Below are positions 48,485 to 58,955 of a stretch of 64,000 nucleotides of DNA, one piece after another. The DNA comes from a virus (taxonomy: Duplodnaviria; Caudoviricetes), in IMG/VR virus record IMGVR_UViG_3300033066_000360, positions 1 through 64,000 of that record; one strand, given 5' to 3'. The number at the start of each line of letters is the position of its first letter. Within the stretch, counting starts at the first letter, position 1. The position numbers and the translations under genes are program-made. A model generated the notes under the pieces. That model ran no database searches. It was not told where the DNA came from and worked only from the letters and a program-made list of their open reading frames with translations.

Positions 48485-49272
48485 CAGAAGATGAGATGAA
48501 GGAAGCCTTCAACAAGAAGAAGGCAGAAGTGCATGCCTTGGCCCGAAAGGAAGTCAAATATAAGGTCCAAACCTTTAAGGCAACTACAGGCAAAGCACTA
48601 TTGGCCCCATACATTGATGCTCGTGACGTATTCCGCTTTTTGGATATGCTCTTTGGTATGGGGAACTGGCAGACAGAACTGGAGCCAGTAATGTTTGGCA
48701 AGGACGCTACGTCCCTTGCATTCGTTGGAACCATTAAGATCCGTTATCCGTGGATGACCGAATGGGTTTCCTACACGGATGTTGGCATGCTTGAAGGAGC
48801 CGATGATGACGTAGAAATGTCGGTAAAGGGAACTGCTTCTGGCGCTTTTAAGAGAGCCGCAGTTCAGATTACGGATGTTCTTGGCAGATTTCTTTATGAT
48901 CTTCCGATGGTTTGGATGGATGCTGTATCGCGTGATCCAAAAGACCCAAGCAAGTGGAAGGCCCCAATGCCTTGGGAAGTGGATGCCTTCATCAAAGGTG
49001 GCATGAAGCCTGCTCCAAAGATCAAGGATAACTCACCATCGGTTCAGTCCAAGACTGCTGCTCCCAATGTAACAGCCGAAAAGGTTTCAGAGAATGTAGT
49101 TGTTTCACCGCCCACTGAAAGCGAAGAAAAGCCTGAAAAGGCTATGGACTGGACGGAGTTCTGGGGACGATTTAAGAACGATGCTGATGGACGCAAGACA
49201 GCAAAGGACTTGAAGGACAAGAATCCGAAGCTTACTCCACGTGAGCTATTGGATCTTCTGAATAAGAAATGA
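48481..49272 (+). CDS. Rad52/Rad22-family (Sak-like) ssDNA annealing protein
   Basis: LAPYIDARDVFRFLDMLFGMGNWQ, KGTASGAFKRAAVQ, GRFLYDLP. Confidence 0.85.
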   Translation: MTEDEMKEAFNKKKAEVHALARKEVKYKVQTFKATTGKALLAPYIDARDVFRFLDMLFGMGNWQTELEPVMFGKDATSLAFVGTIKIRYPWMTEWVSYTDVGMLEGADDDVEMSVKGTASGAFKRAAVQITDVLGRFLYDLPMVWMDAVSRDPKDPSKWKAPMPWEVDAFIKGGMKPAPKIKDNSPSVQSKTAAPNVTAEKVSENVVVSPPTESEEKPEKAMDWTEFWGRFKNDADGRKTAKDLKDKNPKLTPRELLDLLNKK

Positions 49273-49670
49273 CATATAGACTTTGTTACATAGATGAACC
49301 TTGGGCTTATTTCACAACACAAGAGCTTGTAGATCAAACCGGCGATGACTGGGACGATGCTCCCTATAAATCCAATGCGGGAGAGCCTTACGAATACAAC
49401 GATCATGACCGCAAGGCGCTCAAGAAGCCTTGGAGTATCTACAAGCTTGCGTGGGATTCGCCTGAGTTGGAAACACCAGACGAGCAATGGTCCGTCGATA
49501 GGATCAATAGCGGAGCGGTCGCTTGGCTTTCTACTTCCAGATGGGTGAAGAAGGACAAAATTATCAATATTCATGCTGGTATTACCTTGCAGAAGTTCAA
49601 GGAAGCCATCTTGAAATCGGGCGGTATGGTTTACCTGCCCACAAAGGAGAAGAATGAACATCAAGATTGA
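49269..49670 (+). CDS. hypothetical phage protein
   Basis: GDDWDDAPY..NAGEPY, INSGAVAWL. Confidence 0.6.
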   Translation: MTYRLCYIDEPWAYFTTQELVDQTGDDWDDAPYKSNAGEPYEYNDHDRKALKKPWSIYKLAWDSPELETPDEQWSVDRINSGAVAWLSTSRWVKKDKIINIHAGITLQKFKEAILKSGGMVYLPTKEKNEHQD

Positions 49671-51765
49671 CAACAATCTGTACGTGACAGTTGACCAGAT
49701 CCCAATGGATGCTCGTGAGACTGTCGTTGAAGTTCCTACACACAGGATCCTTATCTATGATCGGTCTGGGAGTATGTACAGTGTTCTCGGACAGGTTGCC
49801 GAAGACATGTGCGCCTTGGTAGATGCCTTTAGTCCAAAAGATATTCTGTCCATTGGGTGGTTCTCTGGCGAAGGACAGTTCCGCTTCATGTGCAAGGGAA
49901 TGTCCTGCGACAAGAAGGGTGATATCAAGCGAGCGATCCGCGAGAATGCTTCTACCGTTGGAATGACATGCTTCTCCGAGATTTCGGCTGATGCCGCTAC
50001 TGTCGCAGAGGAAATGAGGGCGTTTAAGCCAATGCCAACTGCTCTCACTTTCCTGACCGATGGAAACCCGGTTGTGAGCAACTACCAGAGGGAAATGACG
50101 AATCTCAAGTCTGCTCTCAATCGCCTTGGTGGAGTGGTTGAAACCGCAGTGTTTGTGGGATACGGCTCTTGGTACAACCGCGAGACGCTTTCTAGCATGG
50201 CGTGGTGGACAGGCGGCACGTTTGTTCACGCCTCTTCCATTAACGATGTAAGGAAGATCTACTCTAAGTATCATGTCGATACTCAGGCAGAGAAGAGGTT
50301 TCCATACCGTGTTCCAAAGGTGAAGAATCCGATTGCGATTTACACTCTTCATCGTGGCAGCGTCTCACTCTTTGATCCTAATGAGACACAAATTCTTGCT
50401 CCACAGGGAGCGATTGTTGGCATTATTCAAGAGGCTAACGATGTTGCTGCGACTCGTGGTGTTCTTCCGAAGGAAACAATCGAGAATGCCATGTATGCTG
50501 GCGCTCTTGCAGCCTCTCAGAATGCTCGTGCAGATGTGGCTATGGCTATTCTTGGGACTCTTGGTGATGTTGGACTTGCTCAGCTTGTCTCAAACTGCAT
50601 TACTCAAGATGAGGTAGGACATGCAGAGAAATGGCTTATCAGTGCCGTAGAGGGCAAGGAGCGATACGCTCAGGGCAAGAAGGTTGGTTGTGTTCCAACG
50701 GAAGATGCAACAAGCGTCTTCGATATCCTAGAGGTGCTTGTCAACGGCGATGCCAAGTTCTATCCCTATCATGAGGAATTTGAATACAAGCGCACTGGAG
50801 TCAAAACAACTGTCGCCGAAGGCTATTCTAAGTTCACCGCCGATAAGGAGGTTGCTTGCCCAATCTCTGCTTTGGTGTTCCACTCCAAGAGGCTAAATGC
50901 TTCTTTGCAGGTCACTATTCCTGGCACGATTGAGCTTGGGAAGGGAGCGAAGAAGATTGGTCTGCCAGAGACGTATCCGACTAAGCAGATCAGGACATAT
51001 ACCATCATCAAGGATGGGCGGCTGAATGTCACTCGTATTCCCGTTACTCTCAACAAAGAGACATGGAACAAGCTTTACAAGCTCGGCGTCTTCGATAGGA
51101 CTTGGACTCGAATGGACGAGAACACTATCGTCACGATACCTCTTTCTGATTACCCTGTGATGAACAGAGCGATGGGAAAGCGGTATCTCAGCACGAAGAT
51201 TCTTGGTGGTCTAGTGCTGAATGAGCTTGGTCTTGAGGCGGAGCTAAAGGCTATCAAGGCTCGTCTTGCCGAGTATGACACGACTCCTGAGCCAACTCCG
51301 TTCCAGACCGCAGAGCAGATTCAGTTCTTGCTTGAGGCTGGTATTAGCGAGAAGGGCATCTACTCTCCTCCGTCAGAAGCGGGAGAGACAAATGATGTAT
51401 ATGAGGCTCGCGGAGTAGAAGTTGTAATCAAGGGATTGTCTTCTCTTCCGTCAGTCAATGATGTAAAGAAGAAAATTTCCAGCGGGAAACCTTTCACTCG
51501 CGGAGAGAAGATTGTTAGTAGCGCCATGGAACAGATTGACTCTGTTATCAGGGGAGAGCCGGACAAGCTTGCTCGGTTGCAGGAGCTTGAGAGGAGTGTC
51601 AAAGACGAGCTTCGTCAGGTTCGCTACGAGATGGCGAAGACTCGTGCAGCGGTCATTCTTGGTGGGCGCTGGTTCACTGAGCTTGGATCTCGCAACAACA
51701 CTATGTTCACGCATGGAGATTACGAAATCGAACTAAAGGATAGGCTAGAGCGGGTAGCCTATTAG
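49654..51765 (+). CDS. large vWA-domain protein
   Basis: MIDAS DRSGS, FLTDG, FVGYG; long uncharacterised C-terminal region. Confidence 0.75.
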   Translation: MNIKIDNNLYVTVDQIPMDARETVVEVPTHRILIYDRSGSMYSVLGQVAEDMCALVDAFSPKDILSIGWFSGEGQFRFMCKGMSCDKKGDIKRAIRENASTVGMTCFSEISADAATVAEEMRAFKPMPTALTFLTDGNPVVSNYQREMTNLKSALNRLGGVVETAVFVGYGSWYNRETLSSMAWWTGGTFVHASSINDVRKIYSKYHVDTQAEKRFPYRVPKVKNPIAIYTLHRGSVSLFDPNETQILAPQGAIVGIIQEANDVAATRGVLPKETIENAMYAGALAASQNARADVAMAILGTLGDVGLAQLVSNCITQDEVGHAEKWLISAVEGKERYAQGKKVGCVPTEDATSVFDILEVLVNGDAKFYPYHEEFEYKRTGVKTTVAEGYSKFTADKEVACPISALVFHSKRLNASLQVTIPGTIELGKGAKKIGLPETYPTKQIRTYTIIKDGRLNVTRIPVTLNKETWNKLYKLGVFDRTWTRMDENTIVTIPLSDYPVMNRAMGKRYLSTKILGGLVLNELGLEAELKAIKARLAEYDTTPEPTPFQTAEQIQFLLEAGISEKGIYSPPSEAGETNDVYEARGVEVVIKGLSSLPSVNDVKKKISSGKPFTRGEKIVSSAMEQIDSVIRGEPDKLARLQELERSVKDELRQVRYEMAKTRAAVILGGRWFTELGSRNNTMFTHGDYEIELKDRLERVAY

Positions 51766-51766
51766 C

Positions 51767-53515
51767 ATGTGCTTTCAGGGTGGGGGACTACATTACGTGG
51801 TCCCCCACGGGAGGAAGATGTCAAGGGAAAAAGGAAAAGCTCCAGTAAGCGACATTGTTACTATGCTTTTTATGGGCGGGATTACCGTTGGTCTAGTCTG
51901 GTGTGTCGCGTGGTCCCTTAAGCAAACTATTGACTTCACTGTTTATGCCCTAAAAACAAATGAAGTTGGTGTTCCTGTTGGAGTGATCGTTCAGTTCTGG
52001 CAACAGCTAGCCCTGTTCGCAAGAAAGAGAGTCACCACAAAACAGGAATGGTATATCTGGAATGGATCCTTCATTGGATCCTACTTTCTAGACGCTGGAA
52101 CCAATGTGGGCCAATGGCTTCGCACACACCCAATCGAAGGGAATCCATTGCAGGATCTTAACGACTGGTCTATTGGCGCAATTGGGTGGCTATTTGGTCT
52201 TGCTATCGTTTTGATTATGCCGTGGTTCGAAGAGGCTCTTACTGTATCTCTTGCCGCTACTCTTCATCACCTCAACATTGTTCTTGTTTATATGGACAAG
52301 GATACAGAGTTTCTGCACTGGGCAGAAGAGAATGTCAAAGGACTTTCTCCGTTCGATAGGGCAGTAAAGCCGCGTGATATCGGACAGCGACCGCCACAAC
52401 AGCAGCAGAAACAGCAGCAACCATTCGCAAAAAAACCGCCGTTCCCGGTGAAGGAAGATGACTAATGACAATTGTAGTAACACTTAAAAAGAATATTATT
52501 GGGCCACTCCTCTTGATTGATGGGGTGCGTAGGATTGAAACCATGCTTGAAACCAAAGACACAATGGATGTAATGTTTCAGGTAGAGGAGTCAAAGGAGA
52601 GAGCATTCTATCGCCTGCTCCAGAGGTCAGAACAGGTAGAGACTTGGAGTCTGGTTCCGGAGAAGAACAAGTGAATCCTTGGTATACAGACCTAATCCTT
52701 TCGGACGACAATCCCAACCCTACCCTACAGGTAAGATGGACATGCACTGCGGATCAAGCAAAGAGTTGCGCTAGACATATTGAATATATTGCCAAGAGAG
52801 AAGGGGTTGAGCTTATCTACCATGGTACAAACGAGAAGCCAGTTTATAGCAACTGGTTCATTGCTGTTCCACCCAACCCCTCTCTCGGAGAGGTAATGAA
52901 GTTTGTTGATAGTGGCATATATGCCTATCAAGAGTCAACCAAGACTGATGATGAATCAGACTGGGTAGCGGATCTGTAATGGGACTAAATCTGATACAAA
53001 GACACCTCAGGGAGATTAAAGCTCACGAGTTTGTCTATGAGTTCGCCGGACTTGGATTGAAGATCTCCCCAAAGTTTTCCTTTCGGAAAATGAGGAAAGA
53101 GAAAATCATGGGCGTAAGAATCAACCAAAGGCTGTGGACTCTTTGTACGGATTTCCTACAGGAGATTGGCGGAATAGACAAGAGAGAGAAGGAGGAAACT
53201 CTTTCTCTCTCTTTAAAGGAGATCAGGGAACTAATCTCTTGGTATGGATTTGCAATTGAGCGTCTGGATCTTGTCCAGACTTTCTATGACAACACTGAGG
53301 GCGCTGAATTCAGAGAAGCCATCAGGTGGACTCTAGAAGAGGCAACCATAGGCCAGATGCAAAAGGCGATTAACCACCCTTCTTGTCGCCGTAGAGGTTT
53401 ACACTCGCAAACACTGCCGCCTCAATTGCAGCGTCAATACGGTTTACGTCAATCCCTTGAAGCCCCTTCTCATTCAAGAAGTTCTGAACAAGCTTCAACG
53501 CAAAGTCCTTCTTAG
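51767..53515 (+). other. hypothetical genes (51767-52465 membrane protein, 52465-52674, 52644-52979, 52979-53515)
   Basis: Coupled ORFs. Confidence 0.5.
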
Positions 53516-53732
53516 CCTTTCCTTCATTCAGGATGGCTCCAGATAGACCGGATTGCTCTGCCGCAAGAACCGCAAGATCAATGAACTGAGTAATCATTCT
53601 CCAGTTCTGGTCCCCAATCTGAATCTGGATCTTGGCTGTCTGGGCATTGATCCAGCGCACAAGGAATCCTACAAGAGCAGTAGCTAGGATCGGAAGAAGA
53701 GTAACAAGTAGGGTATTAAGTAGTTCGTTCAT
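53370..53732 (-). CDS. holin (LL-H family-like)
   Basis: N-terminal TM, AVLAAEQ, GKAKKDFA, IDAAIEAAVFA. Confidence 0.75.
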   Translation of the reverse strand: MNELLNTLLVTLLPILATALVGFLVRWINAQTAKIQIQIGDQNWRMITQFIDLAVLAAEQSGLSGAILNEGKAKKDFALKLVQNFLNEKGLQGIDVNRIDAAIEAAVFASVNLYGDKKGG

Positions 53733-53757
53733 ATCTACATTTTACCCCCGGAGGAAT

Positions 53758-55349
53758 ATGACACTAGAAGAGCGAAGAGCTTTCGCTAAGGAATTGATTA
53801 GCTCGGTAAGCGATGAAGTAAATATCATGCTTAAGAATGTTCCAGATCACTGGACTGGGCATATGCTTAGGGCGTTCATCTCTGACTGGTTTGCTTCCCA
53901 GGCATTTTTTGGCATGATGGATCCCAAAAGACAAGAAGAATACAGGGAGTCTGCATTGGTTGAGTGGTGGATGCCACCCTCAAGGAGATAGATGGTTCAA
54001 TACACAAAAGGAATCGTAAACTTCATTCGACACCCATGGGACGACCGAAGACTAAACGAGATATGGGTGGAGGGAAGTGGATTGTTTGTTTTCCGAAAGC
54101 CGCAAGGGTATGTAAACCCAGAGGACGCACGATTTGAGGCGGGCAGCAGGGTTCTCACCAAGGACGACATTCCATTTATGGTATTCCCATATCCGAATCT
54201 CACCGAAAGGAGACTCGATCTTATGGGGCAGGTCAAGAATCTAGATTGGATCTTGGCAAGGATTAAGAATAGACGATATGACCATCCCAAGATTTAAGCG
54301 ATGGGATGGATTCAAAGTGGTTAATGGAGTAGTTAAAACCATTACTTCTCCATGGACTGGCGGCTTTGTATCCAGAGTCTTCGTAACAGGCAAGGACTGG
54401 TATTTCTTTAATACTGTCTATCGGACCTATAACTCCGTCAAGGGCAATGAACTTTTAATGGATAGAGACATTCCGAACATCTGGTATCCAGAACCGGAGT
54501 ATGCGGAAGAGCGTCTTTGGGCTATGAGCAAGACCATCAACCTTGATAGTGTTCTTAAGCGTATTAAGGAAGGAACCAATGGACTCTTGCCGGAAGTGGA
54601 ACAAGAAGATCCGTTTCTTGAGGAGGATAAAAATTCAGATGACGAATGAAAAATATGAGGATGATGGATTTAGCTACTTGCCCGACTACATGCAAGAAGC
54701 AATTCAACATGATCCGCAACTCCGAGAAGAGGTAATCAGAGTGGGCAAGATCATAAGGCATTGGGAGCCAAATGAAGAGGGTTATCCCCGCTTCTGCACA
54801 TGCGCCGTAGCGTTGGCCATCGAGATCTATGACCTTAAGAAGGAGAACCGGTCTTTCCGAAGATCACTTTTTAATCAGGAGCCAAATGTCTACCTTTAGG
54901 ATGTTCTTCACCAAGACCGTAGAACTACGTGCCTACGCAGAAGTGGAATGCATAGGTCTGGATGACGCTAGGTCCACGGCAATAGCTATTGCCAAGGAAC
55001 AGGGTGGAGAGGCGGCATATGATCTGGACTGGCACATTCAAAAACCTAGCCCAGTTCGTGTAGTTAAAGTGGAGGAGGTTAAGAAAGAGTAATGATTTTT
55101 TATCTAACAACCCCAAAAGATCGGAATCTAACAATGCCACAATATATCCAAGACTATATTGTGGACTTTTACTTTATCGACAACACAAACACCCAAGAAA
55201 CCTACGCCTATTGGATTAACGCCAGTGATGCTATGGACTTTGAAGCCTGGGTTCTTTGCGACGATGCAATAATTAAGTGGAGAACTAAAGATGTTGTTCC
55301 ACTCCAGATTGTTAGCTCTTCCACCCGCCCATCCAGCCAAACTTCCTAG
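53758..55349 (+). other. small hypothetical genes (53758-53991, 53992-54297, 54278-54649, about 54639-54899, about 54886-55092, 55092-55349)
   Basis: Coupled ORFs. Confidence 0.5.
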
Positions 55350-56250
55350 TATGCCAATACGGATGGTATACACCCTTATGAAACATCGAGAAACCAGTGC
55401 ACCACTCAGGGAAACCATTGGTTACGAGAGCTTTGTAGGGGGTCTTACTAGCGTCACACAAACACCCATTGTCAGCAATCATGTATTTACCGTTGAGGGA
55501 TATACCTACTGCTTGGTGGTGTTGGTGATGGGTGAGAACGCTACATTCATATTTCTGGGAAAGCTGTTGGCCTACATTGAGCTTGGACTTGGAGTACATA
55601 ATCTGATGAGCCAAGAGCCACTTAGGGTTCTTTAGCCACATCCGGTCAAGCATGGTCACGCGGATCCTTTCCGGGGCCATGTTTGCCGGTCGGAAAAGAT
55701 CTACAAGGTTGTCTGGTCCAAGCTCTCCCTGAACCTTCCCCATTAGTCTAAGGTCATGGTTCCCCATGCACATGTAGAACTGATTGAACTGTGCTCCCCA
55801 AAACTCTAGGATGGCACGAGCCGCCTTTAGCTCTTCTGAAACAGTTGGCTCTCTTACGACTGTAGGCCACTTGGACAGGGAGGAGAACGAGAACATATCT
55901 CCAACAATTGCTAGCTGTTTGATATTGTGAGTCTCTGCAATCTCATTAACAAGAGCAACCAGCTTCCAGTCCGTATAGGGAACATGGACATCACCCACAA
56001 CCATGACATCGCCAGAGATCTTGATCTCAGCCGTGTTATTCATTACTGGGGGCTTGATGTTTGGTGCTCTAACGTAGAGTCCGCGTGCCTGATCTTTTGT
56101 GATTCCAAGCTTCGTCCCAATCTGGGAGAACGACATTGAAGGATTACCCTTCTTAAGTTTTACCACTTCGGTTTTCAAGTCCATATATCTTTTCCTCAAG
56201 TTCTTTGATTCGCTTATTAGCATTGGATAGTGCTTCTTGCAAGTCTGCAA
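55312..56250 (-). CDS. metallophosphoesterase with N-terminal HTH
   Basis: VVGDVH, IVGD, MGNHD, HHQH, DNGCLC. Confidence 0.8.
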   Translation of the reverse strand: MQTCKKHYPMLISESKNLRKRYMDLKTEVVKLKKGNPSMSFSQIGTKLGITKDQARGLYVRAPNIKPPVMNNTAEIKISGDVMVVGDVHVPYTDWKLVALVNEIAETHNIKQLAIVGDMFSFSSLSKWPTVVREPTVSEELKAARAILEFWGAQFNQFYMCMGNHDLRLMGKVQGELGPDNLVDLFRPANMAPERIRVTMLDRMWLKNPKWLLAHQIMYSKSKLNVGQQLSQKYECSVLTHHQHHQAVGISLNGKYMIADNGCLCDASKTPYKALVTNGFPEWCTGFSMFHKGVYHPYWHTRKFGWMGGWKS

Positions 56251-56892
56251 TCTTGCCGTCGCGCTGAACCCTCTCGATTATAAGCGCATTACGCTCATTT
56301 ACAAGGTTCTCTACCTTAATTTCTAGTGCTTGTATCTTCACTTGAAGTTCATGCCGAAATGCTTTAAACTCTTCGTCTGCACCTATAGCGAACTTGCCAC
56401 TTAGGGTAAGGCGAAAGAGCAGCCACCTGCCGATATAGCCGACAATTACTGTCCCAAGTGATGAAATTAAAGCTAGAAGAACCTGATCTGACATTATTTA
56501 TCCCCCAATCTGAGTATGACGTACATTGCTCCAATTGCAGGGACAAACATGATATTGCCAAAGCCTCCGTAGAAAATACTAATAGAGGCATACCCCATAA
56601 AGAAGTAAATGATTGCAGCGAGTGTGGCTGATATTGTTCTTATTCTCCTGCTATTCTGAAAAAGCATTCCCGCCGTTTGAAGCACGAGAAGAATTATAAG
56701 CACCCCTATAGGGACTATATCTGGGATTCCTGCTAGGCCATAGTAGCCCGATGTATCGAGTGGAGCCAGAAAGATAAAGATCAACCAGAATGTGGTTGTC
56801 GCAAGTCCTGCTTCAACCGCAATTGGATCTGCTCTTAGCAGCCGGGCCAACCATTTACCTAGGATTTGCATATTGACACCCCGGTAAACCAT
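56153..56892 (-). other. two lysis-module membrane proteins (56153-56494 TM plus coiled coil; 56494-56892 multi-TM)
   Basis: Hydrophobic segments; adjacent to cell-wall hydrolase genes. Confidence 0.55.
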
Positions 56893-57536
56893 GTGTTAAA
56901 GTCATTTATATGGGCATCTTTATTCGCACCCTTGAACGTATCGTTACCCCAAAAGTCTGGATCGTGGTAGATAACCCTGTCGCCGGAAAGCCGCGTAACC
57001 AGAACCCAGTGCAGCCCCATGAACCCAGTATCCTGTTTCATGTAGGCGGGAACTTTCCCATAATTGATGAGGCAGATACTCTGGTCCTTGATGACATTGG
57101 ACTCGATAAGTGGAAGTCCAAGAAGCTTCCCAAGGACTACAAGATCTGCTGAACTTGTCCAGCCCTCACTGTTATTTAAGAGGGTCACACAATCATCTAC
57201 TGTCTTGTCTTTAGCCAGTCCACTTCCCTGAGCCAGCATGAGGACGCATGCTTCTCCACAATCTGCTGTAGTGATGTTGGCGGTCATGGACCACTGAGAG
57301 ATATATGGTATCTCCGAGTCTGGGACCACCATTGTCTTGTGGATCCAAACTGTAAGTGGGAGGAAGTCATTCTCCGGTGGGCCATCTATTCGTAGAACAT
57401 CTCCCGGCTTAGCATAGAACAAGATGTTGCTGGCGAACTCTGGAGTAGAACGTATGTTCGCTCCGCCCGGATTTGACACCCTGCTCTTTGTAGAAGGATT
57501 GGCTTCTTCCCACTTAGCGTCCATTATGCCCACCAA
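56859..57536 (-). CDS. SH3 plus C39-like cysteine peptidase
   Basis: GANIRSTP SH3b-like, DCGEAC, HWVLV, YHDP. Confidence 0.75.
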   Translation of the reverse strand: MVGIMDAKWEEANPSTKSRVSNPGGANIRSTPEFASNILFYAKPGDVLRIDGPPENDFLPLTVWIHKTMVVPDSEIPYISQWSMTANITTADCGEACVLMLAQGSGLAKDKTVDDCVTLLNNSEGWTSSADLVVLGKLLGLPLIESNVIKDQSICLINYGKVPAYMKQDTGFMGLHWVLVTRLSGDRVIYHDPDFWGNDTFKGANKDAHINDFNTWFTGVSICKS

Positions 57537-58678
57537 GCCTTTAGAGTATCTTTGTATCCCCTAACATCGTATCCAGCCCACGAATTGTCCTTTCCATACT
57601 GGAAGATTGTGCTTCCTACGAATGGAGAAGGCCATACTCCGGGGAATGGGGAGGGTGGAACCTGTCCCGAAACGATTAGAGGATGCTTGTTGTCGATAAC
57701 AATTGGCCTACTCTGCTCCTTTTCGTTATAAACAAGCCAGTCCCTAAAGGTTGCCTGATCTACTCCATGGGCTGGAAAGCCGCCCACTCCGCCCTCATCT
57801 AAGCCGGTTTCCGTAGCCCACACATTACGTACTCGTGGATCAAATCCACAAAGGGTAAACAGGAAGTGCCAACGGGTTAGCCACCACGGAGACTTTCCAT
57901 CGGTGTTCCACCCAAGAGTGGGACTGTAGTTGTGATTGTCCCATCCCATGATGCCGTTGTTGTAAGGTTCGCTATAGTAGTTTCTAATGGCATTGCAAAC
58001 GCTTGGGTCTGTGTAATCTGGTGTTCCCATTGAGTAAGATCCCGCCAAGTAGAAGGCGCTAGGGTGGAACCTTCTGATTCCCTTAGCCACCTCAGTATCA
58101 AACCAAGCCCGTCTCTTAATCCCATCAGGATCGCATCCAATACCATCGTCATTCTCATTTCTCCCTACATACCCAATCCTTGGATCGTTTCTTGAACCTT
58201 CGCTTACTTCCAGTCTCTGGAGCATTTGATTCGGATCTGGATTCAGCCCATTCAACCACGCTCTGTAGATAATCACCGTGTTTGGAGCTTGCTGCGCCAG
58301 TTGAATGGAAAGAAGCTTGTTGTGCATAATCGTGACAATTGGAGCTTTCAACTGCGTTACTGCTTCAATTGCTGCGTCCCCATCCCCAATTGCATGCACT
58401 CCAATAAGGGGCTTTGTGGAAGCTGGTGGTGGAGGAGGCGGTGGAGTTTCCACTGTAATCAGCGAAGACATTACCCATCCCTCTGTCGGTGGAGTCCCCG
58501 ATGTAATAAACACATCGTCTGGGCTTACCAATATCCTAGACCAACCGTCCAATCTCTCCTCTAGAACACTAATCTTTGCGCCATTTCGAATAGCGCCCAT
58601 TACATTGTCTGGTGTTCGTTGAGGAGTTCTTCTGAGTCTCAAAAACCATAGGTCTGATGTTACCGTTGCACTTGTCAT
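57524..58678 (-). CDS. SH3b plus glycoside-hydrolase-like protein, candidate endolysin
   Basis: LRLRRTP...WSRI SH3b, Pro linker, TIM-barrel-like RNEND and WATETG motifs. Confidence 0.6.
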   Translation of the reverse strand: MTSATVTSDLWFLRLRRTPQRTPDNVMGAIRNGAKISVLEERLDGWSRILVSPDDVFITSGTPPTEGWVMSSLITVETPPPPPPPASTKPLIGVHAIGDGDAAIEAVTQLKAPIVTIMHNKLLSIQLAQQAPNTVIIYRAWLNGLNPDPNQMLQRLEVSEGSRNDPRIGYVGRNENDDGIGCDPDGIKRRAWFDTEVAKGIRRFHPSAFYLAGSYSMGTPDYTDPSVCNAIRNYYSEPYNNGIMGWDNHNYSPTLGWNTDGKSPWWLTRWHFLFTLCGFDPRVRNVWATETGLDEGGVGGFPAHGVDQATFRDWLVYNEKEQSRPIVIDNKHPLIVSGQVPPSPFPGVWPSPFVGSTIFQYGKDNSWAGYDVRGYKDTLKAWWA

Positions 58679-58693
58679 AACACAGATTATAAT

Positions 58694-58924
58694 ATGGACA
58701 TGAAAGCCAGAATCAAATACTCCCTCAATAACGAGACAAAGTTCGTTGAACTAAAGGTTCAAGCCATGCTTTATGATGCCGTTCAATCCGCACTTCATAC
58801 CGCGCTTCCGGGCTCAAAGATGATTGGATACAGTAGGGTTGTAGAACCCGTTGCGAAGCAAACCGCCGAGACTCCTGCGGAAGCTCCTGCCGAGAAACCA
58901 AAGAAAGAAACAAAAGCTCTCTAA
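58694..58924 (+). CDS. hypothetical protein
   Basis: Lone plus-strand ORF ending at a bidirectional terminator. Confidence 0.5.
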   Translation: MDMKARIKYSLNNETKFVELKVQAMLYDAVQSALHTALPGSKMIGYSRVVEPVAKQTAETPAEAPAEKPKKETKAL

Positions 58925-58927
58925 ATT

Positions 58928-58954
58928 AAAAGCCCCCCAAATCGGGGGGCTTTT
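58928..58954. terminator. bidirectional intrinsic terminator
   Basis: AAAAGCCCCCC-AAATC-GGGGGGCTTTT between convergent genes. Confidence 0.85.
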
Positions 58955-58955
58955 G

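Noticed and set aside
37713-49272. DNA polymerase or integrase in the replication module
   Set aside because: No polymerase or recombinase catalytic motifs seen; they may lie outside the window or be absent.
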